A stretch of 32,000 nucleotides of DNA, from positions 480,001 through 512,000 of the forward strand of contig NZ_CP019384.1 in assembly GCF_004102945.1 (NCBI RefSeq), written 5' to 3'. Each line of letters begins with the position of its first letter. Position 1 is the stretch's first letter. Origin of the DNA: Candidatus Velamenicoccus archaeovorus. GTDB taxonomy: Bacteria; Omnitrophota; Gorgyraeia; Velamenicoccales; Velamenicoccaceae. Below the pieces are notes generated by a model that was given only the letters and a program-made list of their open reading frames with translations, did not search any database and was not told the DNA's origin. The translations under genes were made by a program, and so were the position numbers. Shown piece after piece: positions 25,374 to 32,000 of the stretch.

Positions 25374-27296
25374 ATGATTTTTATCAACAATCTTTCCAAA
25401 ACTTACGGTAAGAAGACCCTTTTCGAAGACATCTCGCTTAATATCAACCGCGGCGAGAAGATCGGTATGGTCGGTCCCAACGGCGCCGGCAAGAGTACTT
25501 TTTTTCATCTGCTCCTGGCGGATGCGGAGCCCTCGGCAGGGACGATCCAGACTCAGAAGGGCGTCCGTATGGGTTATTTGCCGCAGGAGTCGAGTTTTCC
25601 TTCAGAGCATACGGTCCTGGATGAGTTGACGCGCGGCGACGAGGGGATCCTGAAGTTGCTGAAGGAGAAAGAGGATCTGGAGCGCGCCGATCAGGCCGCG
25701 TCCTATCGCTACGGCGAGATCCTCCACGAGCTCGATGTCCTCGGATATTTTGAATTGGAGCACAAGGCTGAAAAAGTGCTCATGGGCTTGGGTTTTAAAG
25801 AAAGGGATTTCAACCGGCCCATCACGCAGATGAGCGGCGGCTGGCAGATGCGCGTGCTTTTGGCCAAGCTTCTTGTCCTGCCTTACGATATCCTGCTTTT
25901 GGATGAACCGACCAACTATCTGGATTTGAACGCGGCCTTGTGGCTGAAGAGTTATCTGGCCGGCTATAGCGGGACGTTTTTGATGATCTCCCACGATAAG
26001 TCGTTTCTGAAGGAAGTGACGAATTATACGCTTGTGCTTGAGCATGGCCAAATCACAAAAGTCACCGGCAGTTATGAGCACTACGAACAATTGCGCGAAG
26101 AGCAGCGCCTGACCATGGCGAGGCGTTTTGAGCAGCAGGAGAAGAAGCGCAGGCAGTTGGACCGGTTCATTACGCGTTTCCATGCACAGCCCAACAAAGC
26201 CGCGGCTGTGCGCAATAAACGCAAGGCCATCGAGAGGATGGAGGAGATCGTTCTGCCGCCGGATGTGCGCGAGAGTATCCGCATGTTTCATTTTCCACGC
26301 ACCCGGCCGAGCGGCCACCGCGTGCTCAAGCTCGAGAAGATCGCCAAATCTTATGGGGATATCCGTGTATATCAGGACCTCGATTTTGAGATCGAGCGCG
26401 GGGAGAAGGCCGTTTTGGCCGGGGAGAACGGCGCCGGAAAGTCAACGCTGTTGAAGATCCTGGCCGGCGTCATTGCTTTCGATTCCGGAAACCGTCAGGT
26501 CGGCCATAACGTCGATATCGGCTATTTTTCCCAGACGCGGCTGGATACTCTTAATCCCGAGAATACCGTGTTGGAAGAGGCGTATAACGCTGCGCCCGGC
26601 ACCATGTCTCAGGAGGCGCTTCGCACGATCCTTGGGGCATTCCTTTTTTCAGGCGAGGACGTCGATAAAAAGGTGAGTGTTTTGTCGGGAGGAGAAAAGA
26701 GCCGTTTGAACCTGGCGAAATTCCTTATCCATCCGCCGAACTGCCTCTTTCTGGATGAGCCGACGACGCATCTGGATGTGGATGCCGTGGATGCGCTCAT
26801 TCGGGCGCTTGAGCATTATGAGGGAACGCTGGTATTTATCAGCCACGATATCCATTTTGTCAGATCGGTGGCCAATGTCGTTTATGAGGTGAAAGACGGC
26901 GGTGTGCGCAAGTTCTTCGGTAATTTTGACTATTACCTGGAAAAACGCGAGCAGGGTGTGACGGAGTTTAAACCGAAGAAACCCAGGCCCGGAGGGGAGA
27001 AAACGCGCCTGCAGATGGAGCGCGACAGGGTCCGGCAGGAGGAGAAGCAGAAGAAAGAAGAAGAGCGCAGGCGCAAAGCGCATAACACGGCCATAGGCAG
27101 CGAGATACAGAAACTCAAAAAAGAAAGAGAAGGGCTTGAGTTGGAGAGCTATGCCAAAGCACGCGCCCTGGCCGATTCGAGGACATATGCCAACCAGGCC
27201 AAGGCCAGAGACTATGGCCAGCGTCTCAAAGAGATTGAATCGCGATGCCGCTCGATCGATGCCGAGATCGCAAAGCTGGAAAAGAAACTTGAGTGA
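25374..27296 (+). CDS. ABC-F family ATPase (no TM domains) with a charged coiled-coil C-terminal tail
   Basis: Two ABC cassettes are present: GPNGAGKST / MSGGWQMR / LLLDEPTNYLD and GENGAGKST / LSGGEKSR / LFLDEPTTHLD. An inter-domain linker and a Lys/Arg/Glu-rich tail complete the protein. Confidence 0.9.
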   Translation: MIFINNLSKTYGKKTLFEDISLNINRGEKIGMVGPNGAGKSTFFHLLLADAEPSAGTIQTQKGVRMGYLPQESSFPSEHTVLDELTRGDEGILKLLKEKEDLERADQAASYRYGEILHELDVLGYFELEHKAEKVLMGLGFKERDFNRPITQMSGGWQMRVLLAKLLVLPYDILLLDEPTNYLDLNAALWLKSYLAGYSGTFLMISHDKSFLKEVTNYTLVLEHGQITKVTGSYEHYEQLREEQRLTMARRFEQQEKKRRQLDRFITRFHAQPNKAAAVRNKRKAIERMEEIVLPPDVRESIRMFHFPRTRPSGHRVLKLEKIAKSYGDIRVYQDLDFEIERGEKAVLAGENGAGKSTLLKILAGVIAFDSGNRQVGHNVDIGYFSQTRLDTLNPENTVLEEAYNAAPGTMSQEALRTILGAFLFSGEDVDKKVSVLSGGEKSRLNLAKFLIHPPNCLFLDEPTTHLDVDAVDALIRALEHYEGTLVFISHDIHFVRSVANVVYEVKDGGVRKFFGNFDYYLEKREQGVTEFKPKKPRPGGEKTRLQMERDRVRQEEKQKKEEERRRKAHNTAIGSEIQKLKKEREGLELESYAKARALADSRTYANQAKARDYGQRLKEIESRCRSIDAEIAKLEKKLE

Positions 27297-27326
27297 AAAT
27301 TTTCAGGTTATTTTTTGTTTGACCTC

Positions 27327-27354
27327 TTGACATTCCTTTTTTGTATGCTATAGT
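27327..27354 (+). promoter_or_regulatory. near-consensus sigma70 promoter in the abcF-amt intergenic region
   Basis: TTGACA at 27327-27332, 16-nt spacer, TATAGT at 27349-27354. Confidence 0.55.
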
Positions 27355-27388
27355 TATCTCGTAAGGCACAGTGTGTGTGTCAAGTTGC

Positions 27389-27426
27389 AAAGAGGCATTC
27401 TCCGTCGGAGAATGCCTCTTTTTTTC
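27389..27426 (+). terminator. intrinsic terminator
   Basis: AAGAGGCATTCTCC (27389-27403) pairs with GGAGAATGCCTCTT (27407-27420), a 13-14 bp perfect stem, followed by TTTTT. Confidence 0.75.
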
Positions 27427-27646
27427 GCCCCAGAAAGGGGCGCACTGGCTTTTCCGTTTGAGCCAGGTGGCCGCAGAAAGCGGCATACCGCGCCAAGGGT
27501 GGCGCACTTGCCCAATCATTCAATAAGGGCAAGGTGCCGCGCAAATCAGCGCGGAATAAAGTGTAAAATTGAAGCGGCTATTGAAGCCGCACAGGATAGA
27601 GACGTCCAAAGAGACTAAAGAAGTCTTTTTGGACGTTTTGTTTTTT
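27427..27646 (+). ncRNA. candidate structured RNA: array of hairpins ending in a strong intrinsic terminator; class unknown
   Basis: Two hairpins share the loop AGAAA: GCCCC-AGAAA-GGGGC (27427-27441) and GCCGC-AGAAA-GCGGC (27471-27485). Further hairpins lie at 27443-27470, 27501-27540, 27537-27554 and 27574-27590. A 15-bp stem (27602-27616 with 27622-27636) is followed by TTTGTTTTTT. Confidence 0.35.
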
Positions 27647-27693
27647 CCGGACTCGTCCGGAAAAAACAACCCGCCAGCGATTTGTGGCGTCCT

Positions 27694-27750
27694 CCACTGA
27701 AGCTTCGGCGCCTGCCTGCCGGTAGGCAGGGGCGGCCGCCGAAGCAGTGG
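27694..27750. repeat. GC-rich hairpin, possible third and shorter member (E3) of the E1/E2 family
   Basis: CCACTG...CAGTGG closes a stem at 27694-27750. GAAGCTTCGGCG pairs with CGCCGAAGC, and the apex is CCTGCC-GGTA-GGCAGG. It shares GAAGCT-CG and CTGCCTGC strings with E1/E2. Confidence 0.4.
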
Positions 27751-27838
27751 TGGCGGCCGGGTAGATCATTTGGGCACATGGCCGTGCTCTTGACCAAGAA
27801 TTGAAAATGCAAACCATATGCCAAAAAAGGATACTTAC

Positions 27839-28618
27839 ATGAGTCGGCGCATGCGTAAATCATTTGAGTTTGTCCTATGTTCTTTGTTCGCCTTGGGTTG
27901 CGTGGGGAGTGTTTTTGCAGAGGGAGGAGAGGGGTTATTTTCCAAACTCGGGATCACGGCCTCGGGCGCTATTGATTTTTACTCGAAATATATCTGGAGG
28001 GGTTTTACGCTCGACCGCGATCCTGTTGTCCAGCCTTCCTTTAATGTGGGTTATAAGGGCTTGACCTTCAGTTTTTGGTCGAACTGGGATGCGGATAACG
28101 AAGACGGGCTGAATTCCGATGAGATGGATTTCATTGTGGATTACACAAAGAGTTTCGACAAGTTTAGCGTGTCCGTAGGGCACACCTATTATGACTTTCC
28201 TGGGACGAACGGATACAGCAGGGAATTCTATGCCGGCGTAGGAACACCGGTGATCCCGTTTACGCAGATACCGATTTCTACAAGCCTCAAGTTTTACAGG
28301 GATTACGGCTCAACGGAAAACGGCGGCGGAGAAGGGAACTATCTTGAGTTGGCGTTGGCATATAGTACGGTTGTCATGAAGGATCCGGGGATTTCTCTCG
28401 ACTTGGGCGTAACCACAGGGTATAACCACCATCTCTTTATTAATGGAGACGGCGGCCAGGCGACCATGAGCGCAGGGCTCACGGTCCCTTTGACGAAATC
28501 ACTGTCATTCAAACCGAAGGCAAACTATACGATCCCTTTTGCCGACCTCTCGGCCTCTGATGATGGCAGCCAGAAATCACGTTTCTGGGGCGGGTTCAGT
28601 TTGGCGTATACGTTCTAA
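27839..28618 (+). CDS. outer-membrane beta-barrel protein (resembles the Gcw_chp/TIGR02001-type family often found next to amtB)
   Basis: Signal peptide ...LFALGCVGSVFA. YSKYIWRGFTLDRDPVVQPSFNVGYKGLTFSFWSN is the family-like N-terminal pattern. The C-terminus is ...FSLAYTF. ATG at 27818 or 27851 are alternative starts. Confidence 0.65.
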   Translation: MSRRMRKSFEFVLCSLFALGCVGSVFAEGGEGLFSKLGITASGAIDFYSKYIWRGFTLDRDPVVQPSFNVGYKGLTFSFWSNWDADNEDGLNSDEMDFIVDYTKSFDKFSVSVGHTYYDFPGTNGYSREFYAGVGTPVIPFTQIPISTSLKFYRDYGSTENGGGEGNYLELALAYSTVVMKDPGISLDLGVTTGYNHHLFINGDGGQATMSAGLTVPLTKSLSFKPKANYTIPFADLSASDDGSQKSRFWGGFSLAYTF

Positions 28619-28678
28619 CAGGATTATTTCTTGATGAGAGACTTTCGAGGATACGATGCAGGGGGAAAGGTGGTTCTT

Positions 28679-30055
28679 ATGAAAACATTACGGGGAAGAG
28701 TCCAAGGCGGTATCGGGTTGGCGGCGATCCTGCTGGGATTTGCGCCTGTCGTCTGGGCGGCGGATCCGAACGGGGCTGCGACGCTTGCCGCGACGCCGAC
28801 GGCTCCGGTCGATTATGTCTGGGTGCTGTTGTGTGGTTTTCTTGTGTTTTTTATGCAAGCCGGTTTTGCGATGGTAGAGACGGGGTTTTGCCGGGCCAAG
28901 AATGCGACGAACCTGATGGCCAAGAATACCATTGATTTTGTCGTCGCGTCCCTCTGTTTTATGGCTTTTGGTTTTGCCTTGATGATGGGGCAGGATTATA
29001 AAGGACTTTTTGGGACGACTGGGTGGTTCTTGCACGGCGATAGTTACGACGTCGGAAGATATCTCCTGTTTTTTTGGCAGCTTGTCTTTGCAGGGACGGC
29101 CGCTACGATCGTCTCGGGAGCCGTAGCCGAACGCCTGAAATTCAGCGCGTATTTTTTATACAGCCTCGTTGTCAGCGCGCTGATTTATCCTCTTTATGGC
29201 CATTGGGTTTGGGGCGGGGGATGGTTGGCAAAGCTTCCCTTCGGCGCCGGCCATGTTGATTTTGCCGGTTCGGGAGTCGTTCACACTATCGGCGGTTTTG
29301 TGGGTTTAGCCGGCGCTATTCTTCTTGGGCCCAGATTCGGCAAGTTCGCCAAGGATGGTAAACCAAGGGCAATCCCGGGCCATAGTATCACCCTGGCCGC
29401 CCTAGGGACTTTTATTTTGTGGTTTGGATGGTTTGGGTTTAATCCGGGTTCGACATTCTCCGCTCACCAGCTGCGCATCGCCGTCGTGGCCGTTAATACC
29501 AACCTGGCTGCAGCAGCCGGTGCGGCAACGGCCATCCTGGTGGTTTTTGCGCGGACGAAGAAATGGGACGTGGGCATGATGCTTAACGGCTGTCTGGCGG
29601 GCTTGGTCGCCATCACGGCGCCTTGTGCATGGGTCGAGGCGTGGGCTGCTGTTGTGATTGGCATTGTGGCAGGCTTTCTTGTGGTCGCCAGCGTTTATTT
29701 CTGGGAGGCGAAAGGCGTTGATGATCCTGTGGGCGCAGTCAGCGTTCATGCCGTGAACGGCGTCTGGGGCTTGCTTAGCGTCGGCCTATTTGCCGACGGG
29801 ACCTATGGCTTGGCAACGACCAGCGCGCCTCTCGTGCGGGGATTATTTTACGGCGGCGGCTTCGGCCAGCTGATTGCGCAGGCGATCGGTGCGGCGGTTT
29901 GCGTGACCTGGGCGTTTGGCCTCGGACTTTTGACGTTCAAGATCATGGATAAGCTGTTCGGGATCCGCGTGGCTCCGGAGGAAGAGCTTAAAGGATTGGA
30001 TATTCCGGAACACGGAACGCCTGCGTATCCGAACTTCGTCACCCTCAATCAATAA
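28679..30055 (+). CDS. amtB: ammonium transporter (Amt family) with a cleavable signal peptide
   Basis: FFMQAGFAMVETG, VDFAGSGVVHTIGG, WFGWFGFNPGS and AVSVHAVNGVWG are Amt signature segments, including the twin-His residues. Confidence 0.9.
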   Translation: MKTLRGRVQGGIGLAAILLGFAPVVWAADPNGAATLAATPTAPVDYVWVLLCGFLVFFMQAGFAMVETGFCRAKNATNLMAKNTIDFVVASLCFMAFGFALMMGQDYKGLFGTTGWFLHGDSYDVGRYLLFFWQLVFAGTAATIVSGAVAERLKFSAYFLYSLVVSALIYPLYGHWVWGGGWLAKLPFGAGHVDFAGSGVVHTIGGFVGLAGAILLGPRFGKFAKDGKPRAIPGHSITLAALGTFILWFGWFGFNPGSTFSAHQLRIAVVAVNTNLAAAAGAATAILVVFARTKKWDVGMMLNGCLAGLVAITAPCAWVEAWAAVVIGIVAGFLVVASVYFWEAKGVDDPVGAVSVHAVNGVWGLLSVGLFADGTYGLATTSAPLVRGLFYGGGFGQLIAQAIGAAVCVTWAFGLGLLTFKIMDKLFGIRVAPEEELKGLDIPEHGTPAYPNFVTLNQ

Positions 30056-30119
30056 TCATGAAAGGCGGCGGCGCGCCAAGAACGGCGTGCCGCCGGCCAT
30101 CCTTCAAAGAGGTGCCGTT

Positions 30120-30458
30120 ATGAAAAAAATAGAAGCAGTGATCCGCGCAGAGAAACTGGACGATGTCATGGAGGCTTTGAAAAGCGCAGGCGCGCCAGGA
30201 TTGATGGTGACGCGTATCGAAGGGCATGGCCGCCAGAAAGGTCTCACGGAGCAATTCCGTGGCAGGGAATTTAAGGTGGATTTGTTGCCGAAGATCAAGG
30301 TCGAGACGGTCGTGCGCGATGCGGATGCGGCCAGATTCGTGGACATCATCGCCAGGGCGGCCAAGACGGGTGAGATAGGCGACGGCAAGATCTTCGTTTC
30401 CGCCGTGGCCGACGTGATGAGGATCCGTACCAAAGAAATGGGGGATGGCGCCGTCTGA
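30120..30458 (+). CDS. glnK: PII nitrogen-regulatory protein (GlnK/GlnB family)
   Basis: MKKIEAVIRAEKLDDVMEALK...GHGRQKG...TGEIGDGKIFV is a canonical PII sequence. The T-loop has Phe at positions 46 and 51. Confidence 0.9.
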   Translation: MKKIEAVIRAEKLDDVMEALKSAGAPGLMVTRIEGHGRQKGLTEQFRGREFKVDLLPKIKVETVVRDADAARFVDIIARAAKTGEIGDGKIFVSAVADVMRIRTKEMGDGAV

Positions 30459-30490
30459 AATCCGACGAAAGACCATTGACGCCTGCGGCC

Positions 30491-30667
30491 ATGCAAAATC
30501 CGGAGCTGATACGCAAGATGAGGCTGTTAAAAGCCCAAAAGGAGTATACGCTTTACGATCTGTCGCGCATTCTGGATGTCCAGGTGGCAACTATCGAGCG
30601 TTGGTTCAGGACGGGCCGGATCAATAAAATTTATGCCAGACTGGTGCAGGAGAAGTTGAGCCTTTGA
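30491..30667 (+). CDS. possible small helix-turn-helix protein (excisionase/MerR-like HTH pattern)
   Basis: YTLYDLSRILDVQVATIERWFRTGRI is an HTH-like segment. There is no clear SD. A TTG at 30476 is an alternative start. Confidence 0.4.
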   Translation: MQNPELIRKMRLLKAQKEYTLYDLSRILDVQVATIERWFRTGRINKIYARLVQEKLSL

Positions 30668-30817
30668 TGGTTTAGGGCGATAGCCGGAGGCGCTTAAAGG
30701 CGTCCCAAAAACAGGAAGGAGGTATTATTTTATTTTGTATTTGTTCAATTGATTACGCATGGTACTTCAAGATAGCGGGAAGTCTAATCCCGTCAAAGGC
30801 GGGATGGAAAGGTCCAT

Positions 30818-32000
30818 ATGAATGCAGGTGATACAGCGTGGGTCTTGATGTCGTCGGCGCTTGTGATGCTGATGACGCCGGGTCTTGCTTTTTTTTACGG
30901 AGGCATGGTCCGCAGGAAGAATATTTTGAGTATCCTGATGCAGTGTTTTATTATCTTGTGCGTCATGAGTCTCCAGTGGGTTTTGTTCGGTTACAGCCTT
31001 GCGTTTGCTCCAGGCAACTGGTTTATCGGCGGTCTGCAGTGGCTGGGCTTGAACGGCGTCGGCCAGGAACCGTTTGTGGAGTATGCAGCCACTATCCCGC
31101 ATATGGCGTTTATGATTTTTCAGGCGATGTTTGCCATCATCACTCCGGCGTTGATCATCGGCGCATTTGCCGAACGCATGAAGTTTTCAGCCTTCGTCGT
31201 ATTTACGCTCTTGTGGGCGACGCTCGTGTATGACCCGGTTTGCCACTGGGTCTGGGGTGTCGGCGGCTGGATTCGCAATCTTGGGGCGCTGGATTTTGCC
31301 GGCGGGACGGTCGTCCACATCAACGCCGGCATCGCGGCGCTGGTGACGGCTCTCGTCATCGGCCGCAGGAGATGTTTGGATAAGAACGTTCCTTCTCCGC
31401 ACAACCTCCCGTTTGTGGTTTTAGGAACGGCCCTTTTATGGTTCGGCTGGTTTGGGTTTAACGCAGGCAGCGCGTTGGGAGCCAACGGACTGGCGGCCAA
31501 TGCTTTTGTCGTGACCAATACTGCGGCGGCAGCTGCCGGTTTGAGCTGGGCCCTGATCGAATGGTTCCGTGTCGGCAAGCCGACCATGTTCGGCGTGGCG
31601 TCGGGCGCCGTGGCGGGCCTGGTGGCCATCACGCCTGCGGCCGGTTTTGTCGGCGTTGTCCCGGCCGTCATCATCGGGCTTATGGTCAGTGTTTTCTGCT
31701 ATCTGGCCGCAGCCATCATCAAGCCGAAGATGGGATATGACGACGCCCTCGACGCTTTCGGCGTCCACTGCGTCGGCGGTATCTGGGGCGCCCTGGCGAC
31801 GGGATTGTTTGCGTCCAAGGCCGTTAATGCCGCGGGCGCGGACGGTTTATTTTTCGGCGGATCAGGGTTGTTCCTCAAACAGTTGCTGGCGGTGGGCGCG
31901 ACTCTCGCCTATGCCGTTATGGTTACTTTCATCCTCTATAAGATCGTTGACGCCCTGCTGGGGATACGGATCGAGGAGAGGGAAGAAGAGATAGGCCTGG
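30818..32000 (+). CDS. amtB: second ammonium transporter (AmtB type, no signal peptide); 3' end outside the window
   Basis: ATG at 30818 follows GGAAAGG. The translation reads MNAGDTAWVLMSSALVMLMTPGLAFFYGG...DFAGGTVVHINAG...WFGWFGFNAGS...GVHCVGGIWG. The ORF track omits it because no stop occurs before position 32000. Confidence 0.9.
   Translation, partial: MNAGDTAWVLMSSALVMLMTPGLAFFYGGMVRRKNILSILMQCFIILCVMSLQWVLFGYSLAFAPGNWFIGGLQWLGLNGVGQEPFVEYAATIPHMAFMIFQAMFAIITPALIIGAFAERMKFSAFVVFTLLWATLVYDPVCHWVWGVGGWIRNLGALDFAGGTVVHINAGIAALVTALVIGRRRCLDKNVPSPHNLPFVVLGTALLWFGWFGFNAGSALGANGLAANAFVVTNTAAAAAGLSWALIEWFRVGKPTMFGVASGAVAGLVAITPAAGFVGVVPAVIIGLMVSVFCYLAAAIIKPKMGYDDALDAFGVHCVGGIWGALATGLFASKAVNAAGADGLFFGGSGLFLKQLLAVGATLAYAVMVTFILYKIVDALLGIRIEEREEEIGL

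Noticed and set aside
27443-27510. Possible SRP (4.5S) RNA, because of CCAGGU...GCCAAGG strings.
   Set aside because: There is no GNRA tetraloop flanked by the conserved GGAAGCAGC/AGG symmetric-loop sequence. The two strands do not pair as helix 8 would require.
27373-27618. The 81-aa ORF across the structured intergenic region.
   Set aside because: It has no SD and an Arg-rich, low-complexity translation. It runs straight through two terminator-type hairpins, so RNA structure explains the sequence better.
1-32000. Search for tRNA, rRNA, CRISPR repeats, IS elements, integrases, phage genes, toxin-antitoxin pairs or defence systems.
   Set aside because: I saw no T-arm/acceptor-like tRNA signatures, no regularly spaced direct repeats, no transposase/integrase/nuclease/helicase-type translations and no abrupt composition shift. 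The AbrB-like gene has no adjacent toxin-like partner.

Overview
Dense 32-kb chromosomal window with about 32 protein genes on both strands. Shine-Dalgarno sites of the GGAGG type sit 5-9 nt before most starts. The gene content fits a diderm, probably anaerobic bacterium: TolC-type and C-terminal-Phe beta-barrel outer-membrane proteins, 1Fe superoxide reductase and hemerythrin. I cannot assign a taxon. I found no rRNA, tRNA, CRISPR array, transposase, integrase or recognisable defence gene. Modules, left to right: (1) a five-gene operon of membrane or secreted hypotheticals containing a PilZ protein (274-3492); (2) an AbrB/SpoVT-like gene followed by TolC, MacA and MacB efflux genes (3699-8128); (3) a PtsN-like EIIA gene (minus strand) and a 740-bp stretch with no convincing gene; (4) a GT4 glycosyltransferase and a ClC channel, separated by an unusual G-run and hairpin-repeat spacer; (5) a translationally coupled pair of a PEGA-domain protein and a processive GT2 synthase (minus strand); (6) a lipoprotein, then ArsR, an RND/MMPL exporter, a LolA-like protein, an OM barrel and a secreted protein; (7) a small PC4-like ORF, an FCY1-type cytosine deaminase, a superoxide reductase, and a convergent hemerythrin-DedA pair; (8) an HtpX-like M48 protease carrying an EF-hand loop, followed by an ABC-F ATPase; (9) a 520-bp structured non-coding region, then an OM barrel, AmtB, PII, a small HTH ORF and a second AmtB that runs off the window. 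I see no clear new system. The least explained signals are non-coding. One is a GC-rich long-hairpin repeat family present in three intergenic regions, one copy lying between a near-consensus promoter and an intrinsic terminator. The other is the hairpin-dense, terminator-bounded region upstream of the ammonium-uptake cluster. All functional calls come from motif-level reading of the translations; no database search was run.
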